From contig OX597840.1 of the NCBI GenBank assembly GCA_951406725.2, positions 37,014,001 to 37,078,000 on the forward strand: DNA of 64,000 bases. Direction: 5' to 3'. Below are positions 11,944-26,339 of this stretch, piece by piece. The stretch's first letter is position 1, and the number at the start of each line of letters is the position of its first letter. Source of the stretch: Octopus vulgaris (lineage: Eukaryota). The notes below the pieces were generated by a model that was not told where the DNA came from, made no database searches, and was given only the letters and a program-made list of their open reading frames with translations. Made by a program: the position numbers and the translations under genes.

Positions 11944-12357
11944 AGGCGCAGGAGTGGCTGTGTGGTAAGTAGCTTGCTAACCAACCACATGAATCCGGGT
12001 TCAGTCCCACTGCGTGGCATCTTGGGCAAGTGTCTTCTGCTATAGCCCCGGGCCGACTAATGCCTTGTGAGTGGATTTGGTAGACGGAAACTGAAAGAAG
12101 CCTGTCGTATATATGTATATATATATATGTGTGTATGTGTGTCTGAGTTTGTTCCCCTGGCATTGCTTGACAACCGATGCTGGTGTGTTTACGTCCCCGT
12201 CACTTAGCGGTTCGGCAAAAGAGACCGATAGAATAAGTACTGGGCTTACAAAGAATAAGTCCCGGGGTCGATTTGCTCGACTAAATGCGGTGCTCCAGCA
12301 TGGCCGCAGTCAAATGACTGAAACAAGTAAAAGAGTAAAAGAGAGTAAAAGAGTAAA
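11944..12357 (+). mobile_element. SINE family B, full-length reference copy
   Basis: tRNA-like head (tggctgtgtggtaag..gggttcagtccc), internal TA/TG tract at about 12108-12142, tail ggtgctccagcatggccgcagtcaaatgactgaaac then repeated gtaaaaga units. Many homologues in the window. Confidence 0.9.
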
Positions 12358-12715
12358 GTTCATTCGCTTCTCATGGTTGCTTTTTCCGTCTCATTGACGA
12401 CTGCTTTCGGTTTCTCGTGCTACAATTCTGAGTGTAATATCTGCTTTGAGAGAATTCCTTAAACTGTTGCTTATGGAATCGTTGAAGACTGGATCTTTGG
12501 TTTAACAAGTGTCAAATCCTTAGAAATTGCACCAGCTAATTTTTATCGAGGATTTAAATGAAATACGCTTGTGGGGAGGGAGGGGGGTCAACGATCAGTG
12601 TGTTTTTAAAAGTCAATGCTTTACGGAGAAAGCAATTTAAATCAGAACGAAGCATTTTCAATAGACAAGACTATTATTATTATTATTATTATTATTATTA
12701 TCATTATTATTATTC

Positions 12716-12755
<40 letters not shown>

Positions 12756-12959
12756 GTAGCATTATAAGCAACATCAGAGTAGTAGTAGTAGTAGTAGCTG
12801 TAGTAGTAGTAATGGTATGTGATAAAAAGTTTGCATAACACGTTGCTGATTAGAAACGGCAGGAGAAAAAAAGTAATTACACGAATGAATAACAAAAAAA
12901 AAAGATAAAAGAAAAAAGTTGATGTCACTCCTAAAAGGCTAAATGCTGATGTAACATAT

Positions 12960-13028
12960 GTAATTTATGTATGCTGACACAAACTCACACATAACACACA
13001 TATAAATAGACGTATCCACATAAACTTG

Positions 13029-13065
<37 letters not shown>

Positions 13066-13299
13066 ATTTATATATATATAAATAAACATGTATATATGTA
13101 TATATAAACATGTATATATATATGTATATATATATATAAACATGTATATATATATGTATATATATATATACATGTATATATGTATATATATAAACATGTA
13201 TATATATGTATATATATATAAACATGTATATATATATCTATATATATATATATATGTATGTATGTGCCTTTATACTTTATATACACGCATATCCTCTAC

Positions 13300-13347
<48 letters not shown>

Positions 13348-13460
13348 ACATATATATATATGGATAAACATATGTATGCACATACACATATATATGTATA
13401 TATACGTACAGACCCACACAAGTGTGTGTGTGTTTGTGTGTGTGTGTGCGTGCATGTGAT
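12960..13460. repeat. Compound (TA)n microsatellite with aaacatgtatata units
   Basis: Directly visible tandem structure. Confidence 0.95.
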
Positions 13461-14353
13461 ATACAAAGTCTGTGAGAAAGAGAAATGGTGGGCTTGCTTG
13501 CGAGAGAGATAGTAATAGGGAGAGATGGAGAGAGAGAGAGCAAGAGGTGGTAGGAAAGAGTAATAAAGATGAAGGTGGAAAAGATTCGTCATCTCGTTGA
13601 TATCAAAATGTTTGTGATTGAATTATATCCATGATTACCTGGCAGAGCTCAACGACAACGAAGACATAAAAAAAAACAACTAAAAACAGTAATAAAAATA
13701 CAAAAAGAAGCAAAACAATACGAAAAATTCCCCCCTCTCCATCCTCATCGCAGAAAAATAACGAAAAGAAATGTAAAATACTCATAAATGTGAAAAAGTA
13801 ATAAAAGAAAAAAAATTGGTCATAAATAAGAGTGGAATAATAAGAACTCGATGTTGAAGAATTCTTCAAAATTAACCGAAAATTACATTGAAAGTAATTT
13901 CCTTTATGAGGTAAACTAGCTTTGGTTTCTGACATTTGACAATGGTAAAATGGGATGAAATGAAAAGAAGGAATGAATAAAGAAATACGAGAAAAACAAA
14001 TATATAAATAAATACAAATATGCAAAGAAAAACTTATTTATCTTTTTTTTTTGAAAAAAAATGGTAACATTAAGGAAATTGGAAATGATATTTTCTGTTC
14101 AATTGGAATTTCAGCGATTTAAAGATAAGATAAAGAACTGAGAGAAGTGTGTGATTATAACACACACACACACAAACACAAACATACACACATATATGTA
14201 TGTGTACTTGTGTGTGTGTGTGTGTGTATATACTTACATATTTACTTACACAGACGTGCGTAAACATTTAGCTACATATATGAGTGTGTGTATATTTGTA
14301 CCTGCACATGACAAGAGTATGCTTAGAAAAATGTGTCAGCATTGCCAGTAACA

Positions 14354-14411
<58 letters not shown>

Positions 14412-14542
14412 GCATGTATATATATATATATTAATACGTACATATATACATGCACATATATACAAACATACACACACACACACATATATATATATATACA
14501 CATACATACACACATGCATAAATACATACATACATACAAACG

Positions 14543-14578
<36 letters not shown>

Positions 14579-14992
14579 TATATACATGCAAACACCTGGG
14601 TAAATTTATGTGAATTTCCGTAAATATTTCTATACGCTTCTATATGGCTACATACATCTTTACACATACACACCTACACGCGTATATACACATATACAAA
14701 ATAAAACAATGACCGACGGCAAATACTTCAAAACCGTTAGTTGCATGAATACCCGTTAGACCAAGCGAGGTTTCACCAGAAATGTTTTAAAGGATAAACA
14801 TTTGGTTTATTGAATTCTTTTTGCTTAGAGAAAAGATGAAAACCTAGCATCGATTGCCAGGAAATATGAATTTAAAAGTAAGACAACCCCTACGAGACTA
14901 GAAATCTCACGATCTGACCTGCCATTAAGAAAATAAAATGTCCCTCTTTGCTTTCGGGGCAATGGTCAATTTTTACAAATAGTTTTTTTAGA

Positions 14993-15202
14993 TCCTTTTC
15001 TACTCTAGGCACAAGGCCCGAAATTTTGGAGGAGGGGGCCAGTCGATTAGTTCCACTCCAGTACGCAACTGGTACTTAATTTATCGACCCCGAAAGGATG
15101 AAAGACAAAGTCGACGTCGGCGGAATTTGAACTCAGAACGTAGAGACAGACGAAATACGGCTAAGCATTTCGCCCGAAGTGCTAACGTTTCTGCCAGCTC
15201 CC
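14993..15202 (-). mobile_element. SINE family A, well-preserved copy
   Basis: Reverse complement reads gagctggcagaaacgttagc..gttctgagttcaaattccgccgacgtcgactttgtctttcatcctttcggggtcgataaattaagtaccag..gggccttgtgcctagag. Closely matches 48283-48494. Confidence 0.9.
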
Positions 15203-15851
15203 AGGCGACATGAATTTATTATTTGTCTTTATTGAATCCAGCCACACTTATAATTTAGAGAAAAATTGTAGAAAAGCAGTCAAAGTTAAATATAATTTGC
15301 ATAATTAAACTGGAAATGTGTTAAGAGGAATAAAGTGTCATCGGATTTATATTTAAAAATCGATATTTCAGATTATTGGCTATGGATTATCAGAATCGGT
15401 AGAGTGGCAGACAAAATGCTTTGATCGTTCTTGGATTTGGTTTGCAAAATTATTGATATGAATTCTTGCATTGAAACTACTACTACTACTACTACTACTA
15501 GTACGACGACGACTACTACTGCTGCTGCAGCTACTACTACTACGACTACTACTGCTACTAGGTAGGGTCGCTGCGAGAAAGCCTTTTCTCATATACGTGT
15601 GTGTTCTTTTAATGCAGACAAAATGTCATACATCTCGCGGTTATCAACTGCTTCGCTTTTCGACGAATCGAGAAATAATTGATGAAATTCAAGTATCTTC
15701 AGTTTAGTTTGATGGCTCAGCGCATGACGTAACGAGGCATTTGAAAATGAAATTTGAAAATGAAAATTTGGCGCAAATATAACAAAACAACAACAAGCAT
15801 TTTGATGCCCAAGAACTTCAACAGGAAAACGAGGAAATAATTTAAAGTTGA

Positions 15852-15918
<67 letters not shown>

Positions 15919-16714
15919 AAACAGCTTGAAAGCAGTTATAAACACACATCAGATACTAATATCTGAAAATGTCAGCTGAAGAGATTAAAAGAAATAATAT
16001 TTAACAAATATTTAGCAAATTGTGTTTGGGTCTTGAATTTAAAATCTCACGCATCAGCAACATCTAAGTCTTGTTGCAGTTGATGTTGTTATGAATGGTG
16101 GGTATGAGGGCGGCGACGGATTGGCTGACGGTAATGCTTTAGAAGCATCGTTAAAACTTCGGATAAATATTTAATAGTAATTAAGTACGGTGCTCTGCAT
16201 TCAGAGGACAAATTTGCTGTTCATTCGTCTGGAGTTGGAGGGGTGCTTGGTATTAAATAATGCTCAATACTGGGGTCGATATAATTTATTAATCCGTCTT
16301 ATCTAACAAAAATGTCCGACTTCCACATTTGAGGGTGTGGATTCGGATAAAAGTCTTGCAAGGTTTACTTATATCTCTTTATGTTCTGCGTTCAAACCCA
16401 GGCCTTGGTCAGCTTTAGGTCCCTCCATCCGTAGTCGATAAAACAATGTAATAATTAAGTAATGGCTTGTATTTTGTGGACTGTACCAAACCTCATCACA
16501 ATACGCGAAGTCCTGTATCAGTTATTGGACTTATTATAGACAAGGGGAATATGTAATAATATCGAAAAGCAAATGGTGATTAGTTCGAATGCTTTTAGGG
16601 TGTCTTAAATTGGTGCATTAATTGAATAGAAAAGTTATCAAATAACAATTTAAAAACTGTATGGCCCTTGCTTTTGGGACGAGGATTCCGGTTTGTGAGT
16701 AGCTTCGTAGAATG

Positions 16715-17200
16715 TTAAAAAACATGAGTGCTACAAAAAGATCTACGATGACCTTCATGGATTGGTTCCATTTGTGAGGGGTTGAAAACCTTCCACGTTA
16801 AGAAGGCTGTCGTTCCCGTAAATTCCTCCTCCACTGCTTGGATGTGTGTGCAGTCCAACGGAGGCGACGCTTGTATGTGGGGGTCATCAATTACAATGGA
16901 TCCCATGGTGGTATTGACATTCTTAGGAAATGCATTTGGTAACCATCAGTCATCCGCAATTTCAATAATAGTACTCCTTGCTGCAATGATTGCAAATGAT
17001 CTGAAGTGTTCGTATTGAAATAGCAGAAATTTTTCGTGCAAATTTTAAAGAGGTGATTAGAGGAATGAGAGATATAGAACTGCATGTGAATGTCGAACTG
17101 CCCCTTAATTTTAGGTTCATAAAGCCATCTGGTATTTCAGTATAAGTTGATGCACAAGCACGTTCCTCTGAGTTCACTGCATCTTATTGCAGAAACAGCT
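16715..17200 (-). mobile_element. Possible decayed PIF/Harbinger transposase fragment
   Basis: Minus-strand peptide LDCTHIQ..AFLTWKVFN resembles the Harbinger motif IDCTHI..Y.NRKG. Similarity is weak otherwise, with stops. Confidence 0.35.
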
Positions 17201-18092
17201 GGAAGCTAATGAAACTCACTGCATAATTTCCAGTTTATTTGTGATTTCTTTAATTTCATACATACACACACACATACATACATGTATGTGTTTGTGCGTG
17301 TACACGAGAATGTGCTGAACAGTTCCTAGCCGTAAGCATGTCGGGAGAGGCTTGACAGGAGTTCCTAAATTCCGAGTTCTTTTACATGGCTTAGAAAAGT
17401 TAAAGGAGCACTGAAATGTGTGAATCTGAGAGGAGTATATGTTGAATAAAATCATAATCAACTGATACTCCTGTATTTTCTTTCAGCCAGATCTAGGCAT
17501 TTGCCAGCACTCCCTCGTCTGTTCTTCTGTTCAGTTTTCGGTTTAAGTCAACTGAAATGAGAACATGCTGGAACATCGCTGTCGTGTTCTGAGCCATCGT
17601 TGTAATTATTTCAATTGGGTAAAAAAAAGAAATGCCTGAGTTTTATTCTCCCGTTTAACAAAATGACTAATAGAACTATGTAGCATAAATTGACGAAAAT
17701 CGAAACAATGTTATTCATCCCCACATCAACACACATACACACACGCGCATGCACGCACGCACACACACAGAGAACATAGCACAAAGAGATATCTATGAAA
17801 AGCATAAATACTAACACTAAGCTATCCATTATGGTAAAATCTTAATTATGGTCCGCTTTACGTTAATTGAATATTTCATGACACCGTTAGACGAAAGAGA
17901 AGAAAATTAGGTACATCTCCTCTGAAAAGTGGTCAACAAACTATGAAGCTTTTTGTCAGGAGTCTCACCTCTCCCACAAATCGACAACCGAGCTATAATA
18001 TGTTTACATCATTAAATTTCTTCTCACAGCTAGGCTTTCTGATAAGTGAATGTATTTCACTCCCAGTGACCCACGTTATGCTGTGTATTATA

Positions 18093-18262
18093 TCTTCTTC
18101 TTCTTCTTCTTCTTGAACAGCATTCACCCGGAGTGGGTTGAGCTGGCTTCATTCATCTTCAATGCTGCATCTCTCACAAACGCCGACCAGGCCTGGCGAT
18201 TTGAGGCTAACGACCGCGGGATCTCCAACCACTCCTCATTCCAGCGGTACGACACCAGTGCA
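18093..18262 (-). mobile_element. RTE-clade LINE extreme 3' end with (GAA)n tail
   Basis: Minus strand RWNEEWLEIPRSLASNRQAWSAFVRDAALKMNEASSTHSG* followed by a short UTR and (GAA)n, typical of RTE ORF ends. Confidence 0.7.
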
Positions 18263-18307
18263 GAAATGCGTATTATATCAATGTCTGTACATTTATTTAT
18301 ATGTGTA

Positions 18308-18610
18308 CTAGCAGTATCGCCCGGCGTTGCTCGGGTTGTAAAGGAAATAACTATATAAGCATTTTTAGAGGGTTACTTCACTTATATAATAGCAAAAAAA
18401 TGCATTAAAAATGGAAAAACATTATGGTAATTTTTTTTTTAATCGTAGACTCATCGTAGACGCGCGCTAATACCCAGAAGGGCTCGATATGAATCACGAC
18501 TATAAGATACCCGCTTTTGGTTAAATTGCACCGCAAAATGTGGGAGTAGTTAGGAATCTAAATCGTAGGAGACAGACACTCACACAACTTCACTTTTATA
18601 TATGTGAATA
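18308..18610 (-). mobile_element. Non-autonomous Helitron-like element
   Basis: Minus strand starts near ..atatataaaagtg and ends with the GC-rich hairpin cccgagcaacgccggg (18320-18335) followed by CTAG|T (18311-18308), the canonical Helitron 3' terminus. Confidence 0.75.
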
Positions 18611-19239
18611 TATCTAGAACTATACTCACACAGAAACACACATATTTTAGAGGGTCAAAAATCGAGAAAAAAGATATAAAGAGAGTGATTTTTAGCTCAA
18701 TTCCATGCAACAGATCCTGAACTTTAGTTTTCACAGTATTACGTATCTGGACCACAACGTAGGTTTACTCCACGTTGGACACCAACAGGAATGTGTGTTT
18801 GTTTGTGTGTGTGTGTGTGTGCTTGTGTGTGTGTGTGTGTGTGTGTGCGCTCATATATGTGTGTGTATGAGAGACAGAGAGAGTTTATTGCTGATGACAA
18901 CATTCTGTTAACTTAACAATAATACAATTCGAAGGATTCAATTATTGCCAGCAATTCTAAGTGTAATCAAAGAACAGAGAGATAGGGGAGGGAGAGAGGG
19001 GGAGAGAGACAGACAGAGAGAATGAGGAAAAAGACAGAGAGTAAGAAATAAAGAGAGAGAGAGGGAGAAAGGCGACACTATTGAATTTCTTCTTTCGTTG
19101 TAAGTGAAGAGTGAAAAACTGACATCGAATGCCTCAAATTTCTTTTAATGTCTTCATATAAAAGAGCTCTATAAAGGGACATAATTATAACATGAAACGT
19201 GACATTTATTCTTTCAACTACCTCAGATCAAATAGCTGA

Positions 19240-19299
19240 AACAACAACGACACTACCAACACTACTACTACTACTACTACTACTACTAATACTAATAAT

Positions 19300-19342
<43 letters not shown>

Positions 19343-19392
19343 TAATAATAATAATGAGAATAATAATAATAATGAGAATAATAATAATAATG

Positions 19393-19424
<32 letters not shown>

Positions 19425-19442
19425 TAATATTAATATTATTAT
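19240..19442. repeat. (ACT)n/(AAT)n trinucleotide microsatellite
   Basis: Directly visible. Confidence 0.95.
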
Positions 19443-19873
19443 CAGCATTTTGAATCATTAGCCGATGCTGGATAAAAGCAGTCGTGCAATGCTCTATCTA
19501 TGCCTTGCGGTATTATTTCTTGTGGTCTGGATGTAATAAGATCAAATTCCGGCTCGAAGCGGCTGTCTTCTCATCCTCCCCAGGGTTTGGTCTAAATCTA
19601 GAATATTGTTGATTACGTAGTCTCATTTCCCCAGCCTATATTCCTTTGGTGATGTAGTCGTGTTTGATAAATGGTAATACCACCACCATCACTACCAATG
19701 CCACCACCATCACTACCAATGTCATCATCATCATCATCATCATCATCGTCGGAACGGCGGAGGAAATGCCAGAAGGCATTTCTGCTGACGTTCTGATGAT
19801 TTGTCCGACAACCTACGTTCTGAGTTCATTTCCCGCGGGGAAATTAGCTGGTTATCCTTTTGGGGACGACAAA

Positions 19874-19919
<46 letters not shown>

Positions 19920-19941
19920 ATGTGTGAGTGTGCACGCGCGA

Positions 19942-20001
<60 letters not shown>

Positions 20002-20208
20002 ATGTGTGAGTGTGCACGCGTGAGTGTATGTGTGCGTGTGCAGAATAAGTAAAGTCTATTTCGAAGTGTTGGCTGAATTTCCATTTATGACAGAACTCTT
20101 TGTATCATATCCCAAAATATATATAAAAGGAAAAATATACAATGTAGGAAAATTATGGAAACTTTTCTACCAGTAGCCTAGCATACAGAAAATAGTCAAC
20201 AGACTACA

Positions 20209-20526
20209 GCCGACCAAAGCCTTGTGAGTGGATTATGTAGACGGAAATTATATTGATGGATTATATTGATGGCGAGCTGGCAGAAACGTTAGCGCGCCGG
20301 GCGAAATGCGTAGCCGTATTTCGTCTGTCGTTACGTTCTGAGTTCAAATTCCGCCGAGGTCGACTTTGCCTTTCATCCTCTCGGGGTCGATAAATAAAGT
20401 ACCAGTTACGCACTGAGTCGATGTAATCGACTCAACCCCTTTGTCTGTCCTTGTTTGTCCCCTCTACGTTTAGCCCCTTGTGGGTAGTAAAGAGATATAT
20501 ATAGACGGAAACTGAAAGAAGCCCGA

Positions 20527-20583
<57 letters not shown>

Positions 20584-20799
20584 ATATATGTATGTGTGTG
20601 TTTGTCTGTCTGTGTTTGTAGCCCCCATCATCGCTTGACAACCGATGCTGGTGTGTTTACGTCCCCGTTCGGCAAAAGAGACAGATAGAATAAGTACTAG
20701 GCTTACAAAGCATAAGTCCCGGGGTCGATTTGCTTCACTAAAGGCGGTGCTCCAGCATGGCCACAGTCAAATGATTGAAACAAGTAAAAGAGTAAAGAG
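20209..20799 (+). mobile_element. SINE family B (5'-truncated) interrupted by SINE family A
   Basis: gccgaccaaagccttgtgagtgga..tagacggaaa [insert] tagacggaaactgaaagaagccc..(TA)n..ggtgctccagcatggccacagtc. Confidence 0.85.
20271..20495 (+). mobile_element. SINE family A, young copy with 10-bp TSD
   Basis: ggcgagctggcagaaacgttagc..gagttcaaattcc..gcctttcatcctctcggggtcgataaa, flanked by tagacggaaa at 20238-20247 and 20502-20511. Confidence 0.9.
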
Positions 20800-20868
20800 T
20801 TATTCATATAAAATTTGTGTACATATAATATTATTCCTTAAGTTTTTAAATGTACACAAATTTTATAA

Positions 20869-20932
<64 letters not shown>

Positions 20933-21382
20933 CAGAGAGAGAGAGAGAGAAAGATTGAGATAGCTTGACAGATAGGTGGATGGAGATATAGATACATATA
21001 GATATAAATATATATATAAGTGAAGTGCCCCTGTTTGTTAGCGACCAGAGGGGAGATACTCCCTTCTAGAGAGATTTGAGGAGGATTTGGGAATTTGAAT
21101 TTAAAACTGAAGAGTCAAGAATGTGTACAAAATATACAGGTTTAACACTTCTTTATCCTACAGATTACATTTGCACTAACCGGGGAAAATTAATTTCCCT
21201 AAAATAAACAGTTTACGAAGTTTGGCAATTTTCATAGACTGAAAGTAGTTTACAGTTTAGAAGAAATTAAGTTTTATTAGTATCTCTTCGTGAGTCAAGG
21301 CCATCGAAAGATGTCGTTTATCAAATACATTTCTCTCTCATCATATATCGTTAATATTTCAGAGAAAATCAGAGAGGAGAAT

Positions 21383-21419
<37 letters not shown>

Positions 21420-21679
21420 GAGAGAGAGAAAGAGAGAGAGAGAGTAAGAATGGATTTCCTCACATACAGATTAATATTTCCGGGACAAGTCTCCCTTGCA
21501 GAAAAGTTCATTTTCTTATAATTGCCTACGAACAATTTTTAAAAAAAAATTGTTTTTGGTATTTTCTTACCGGATGCAAATAAAGATGTCAGTCTGCTAT
21601 TCCATATCATTTAAACTTTCGACATGATTTAAAACACACACTAATTGTATTCAGAGAGGCCAGAATGAGTGTACATATT

Positions 21680-21732
<53 letters not shown>

Positions 21733-22138
21733 CCTTTTTAGATAAAGTCAAGCTGGAAATGAAATGTACACTATACCAGTCCATTCGATTACAGACCTAT
21801 CTAATCATGAAATTTGAAGTAGCTCACATATAAATACTATATTTATTAAATTACATATATATATAGGTAAATCTATTATATGTATATGTATATATATGTA
21901 TATGTATATATACTGCAATTACTGCAATATTTACTGCAATTCTTGTAGCTTTATTAAAGATGTCCTCGTACGAAACAATTGTACCGATATATTGATCCAT
22001 TCTTGTTGCTTTTTTCCTATTTGTAATCACCCCACTTTGTCGTATGGTTAACACCATATAGATTTCCGGTGCATCCTAGTTAAGGACCATATTCATGTGA
22101 ATTCATTAGAATTCACTTGAATCTCAATTACTTAAACC

Positions 22139-22206
<68 letters not shown>

Positions 22207-22406
22207 ATGTATATATGTATATGTATGTATGTAGATGTATGTATGTAGATATGTAGGTATGTGTGTTAGTGTGTATGAATAGACGCGCACTTTTCTTGTT
22301 TTCATTATTCCAAATAAATACAAAATATATATCGACAATAATAAATATTTATTATGCATACAGACAAAAGAATTCCATAATTATACTTACCCCTCTATAT
22401 AAGTAA

Positions 22407-22490
<84 letters not shown>

Positions 22491-22817
22491 TGTGTGTGCC
22501 TGCATAATAACAATAATACATTTGTAAGTGTATAATATCGAATGTGGAAAGATTCACAAATGGACAAAACCTAGAAATAAATAGAAAATACACAAAATCT
22601 ACGACAAAACAAAAGGTTGGAAGACACATTGCGTTAGTTTTGAAAATCGAAGTGATTTATGACAGAAATATATCTAGATTGGTAATAGATTGATATATAG
22701 TTTTGCCAGTAGATTTAGCGGCGGGAGAAAAGATAGGACGTGAAATAAATGAACGTTTCCGCACAAAGGAGAAGAATTCATTTTATCTACAAAGTGTGTG
22801 TTTGTGTGTGTGTGTGA

Positions 22818-22855
<38 letters not shown>

Positions 22856-23826
22856 ACAAGTATATATCAGCATATGCCTATATCTATATATGTATATATG
22901 CATATAAGTATACATATATCTATGCATGTATATGTATATATATATAAATATATATATGCATGTATACATACACACACTCACACACACATATGTATGTGAG
23001 TGTGTGAAGTATGTCTCTGAGTGTATATATATATATATATATATACATACACACATACATACACACATATATACATAATACATACATATATTGATATACA
23101 TATAGAAATATATGTATGCACATATATATACATATATATATAAATATATATATATTTATATATATATATGTATGTATGTATATACACATACATATGCATA
23201 CACACATACACACACACACGTGTGTATGTCCCTATGACAGGCCGTATTGTTTTCAGGGTTGTTTACTTTAAGCAAGGCGTGATTTATACAGCATCGTATT
23301 GTTCTTTGACCCAGCGTCTCTTTAGCAGAGGTTAAGTGTTCAAGTTGTTTCAGCGATGTTTAATGCTTCAATTAACAACATTGACTATTTTGACAATGAC
23401 GTCAGCCATTGTTGCTGCACTGGTCACGGGACAAGTGGCCACAGGAAACGAAAGAATTCAGAGCATTAATCGTATTCTTTTCATTGAGAATTAATCGCAT
23501 TATGACAGTTGTCGTTGTTCGCGTTGGTGTCATTGTTTAGCCCCAGATAAGCATTTATCGATATGAGTTATAATTAAAGGCGATCCTACCGTGAGCATCA
23601 CGCCCTCTTTGTCCTGTCCATACAACAACCATAAAAGGATTCAATGATACGATCGCTGTTCAATAAGTGACAATCGATAAACAAAATACTAATTGTAGGG
23701 AGCAGAATAAGCGACATGACATATCGAGATATCTGCCCCAGGAAGGCCGATTCCAAACCTTTAAATCCTTAAAAGTATAGTAGCCTCTCTCTCTCTCTCA
23801 CTCTCTCTTTCTTTCTCATTCTCTCT

Positions 23827-23857
<31 letters not shown>

Positions 23858-24073
23858 ATATATGATGTATCCATATATTGACTGTAAATGCAAATCTTGG
23901 CTCAAGCCCAGCAATGTTTTGAGAGTCGATTGCATTGACTCCAGTTTTCAACTCGGACCTACTTTATCTACCGAGCAGAGATGAGATGCAAATTCAGTCC
24001 TGAATCTGGGATGTGGTAACGATGTTGTCAGCTCTCTGCCTTGATATGTATGTATATATATAAATATGTATTA

Positions 24074-24125
<52 letters not shown>

Positions 24126-25347
24126 CAAAATTTAACAAATTACATCAATTATGCATTGATATAAACCGTTTAATAAAAGCCAGAAACATATGTACCGCTA
24201 AATCCTTTGCTTCATGTTTTTATTTTGATAAATATATATATATATAAATATATATGTATATATATCATGATATATATATATATTTATATGCATATATGGT
24301 ATAATATATATAACACAATATCAATACATATTCATATGATGTATATGATCTGTATTATATATCTCTCTTTCTCTTTATATATATACATATAACACAGTGG
24401 GTGTGTGTGTGTATCTTTTAATATGTCTACAGCTTGTTTAACTGATAATCTGGGCATGTTGCCTCCAAAGTTGTTAGAAGTTTGTATCTAGTTTCAGACC
24501 AGAAAGACATTTTGTTTTAACGTGATTTAAAATAAAGTTGTGCAAATGATATTCTATAAAACCAGATGTTTGTATATTACGATTATCATTGTGGTGGTTT
24601 TTTAACAAATACAAAGTAATTTCAAAGACTTCTTGTACTTTATTCATTGTTACATGGAGAAGAAACCAACTCAACAACGGAGAGATCAATCTAAATATAT
24701 TCTTCCTTTAAAATAGCGTTGGTTTACCAATATTCAAAATACATATCACAAGAAGATTACCGATTACAAATGAGCATATTTTTGCTGGAATTGATCAAAA
24801 AGCAAACGAGTTGGTACTTTCACAAAATATATTGATTGTCGTGTGTAGAAGGTGACAACAGTTACGCATTTATGTCCAAAATAATTCTATTTTAAGAAAA
24901 ACAAATCCTATTTTCCAGCTAACACCTCACACCACATTTTGATATGAAGATTCTAGTTCTATTGTATTATGCTAAATGCAGAGTTTACCACGTAAGAACC
25001 ACATAAATTCTTACAAAAGCGGAAAATAATGGCTATAGGGTTTTGAATGAATGTTTAAATTTATAATATGGATATTTAAATGCCGGTTCGCTTGCTCTGG
25101 TATGGATTTTTTTTCGTTCATGGCTGCCACTGGGTTCTACTTCGGCATCATATATTACCAATTTTACCAAATAATTACCATCTAGCGGACAATTTTCACG
25201 AATTTTACAGTCGCATGATTGGCGTTCCTAAACCGCTTCGTTTCAGTTTCAGGCAAACTTGCAGCATTAAAACCTCTTACATAACAAATGAAATAATTTT
25301 GAACGGATGTACTATATATACAGACGAACATATATGCATACACACAA

Positions 25348-25385
<38 letters not shown>

Positions 25386-25541
25386 CCATGAATAGGTATC
25401 TATACAACAAACATGCTTATATATATACATATATATCTGTATATATATATATAGATATATGCATATGCACCTGCTTATATATATATATATATTACTTATA
25501 CATGCATACATATATGAATCCGCATCTGCACATACGCCTTC

Positions 25542-25578
<37 letters not shown>

Positions 25579-25962
25579 CGTGTGTATGTATGTATATATA
25601 TACACACGCAGATTAATGCAAACGTATATGTACAAATGCAGGCCTTCGTATATGTCCGTTGACACATGGTTTGTATTCCGTATGAAGGATTCTCAAAATT
25701 CAGGTACATAGTTATATATACAATCTGGAAACAGGTTTTTTTTTTGTTGTCGCATATTCAATGAAAGTTCCTTCGTTATTCTAGACATGCACGACTCCAT
25801 GTGTGTACACTCGGGCAGTGCTGGTATTGAGAAGAGTCATGCTCGATTAACGAGGTGGTGCCCCAGCATGACCAGAGATTAAGGCTAAAAGAATATATAT
25901 AGAATACAAACATACATATATATATATATATACATATATGCAATTTTATACATATGTATATG

Positions 25963-26013
<51 letters not shown>

Positions 26014-26069
26014 ATGTCTTTGATATTCATGTATATGTGCGTATATATTCTTTTATTATTTTACACTTT

Positions 26070-26230
26070 CAGAAGAAGACAGGTGGTGTACAAAACAAAC
26101 AGATGTATTAGTATAACGCTCAGGAATAGAAAAAGCCTGTTACGTTTCGAGCCTACGCTCTTCTACAGAAAGGGACACAGAAAAAACATGGAGAGAAACA
26201 AGGAGAGAAAAAAGCGATCTATCATGGGGA
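26070..26230 (-). mobile_element. Hammerhead-bearing repeat family H1, second copy
   Basis: Minus strand 26173-26136 reads CCTTT CTGTAGA A GAGC GTAG GCTC GAAA CGTA ACAGG; colinear with 870-1051. Confidence 0.65.
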
Positions 26231-26232
26231 CA

Positions 26233-26295
<63 letters not shown>

Positions 26296-26339
26296 GTTTG
26301 TATATATATATATGTCTGTATATATATATGTTTATATAT

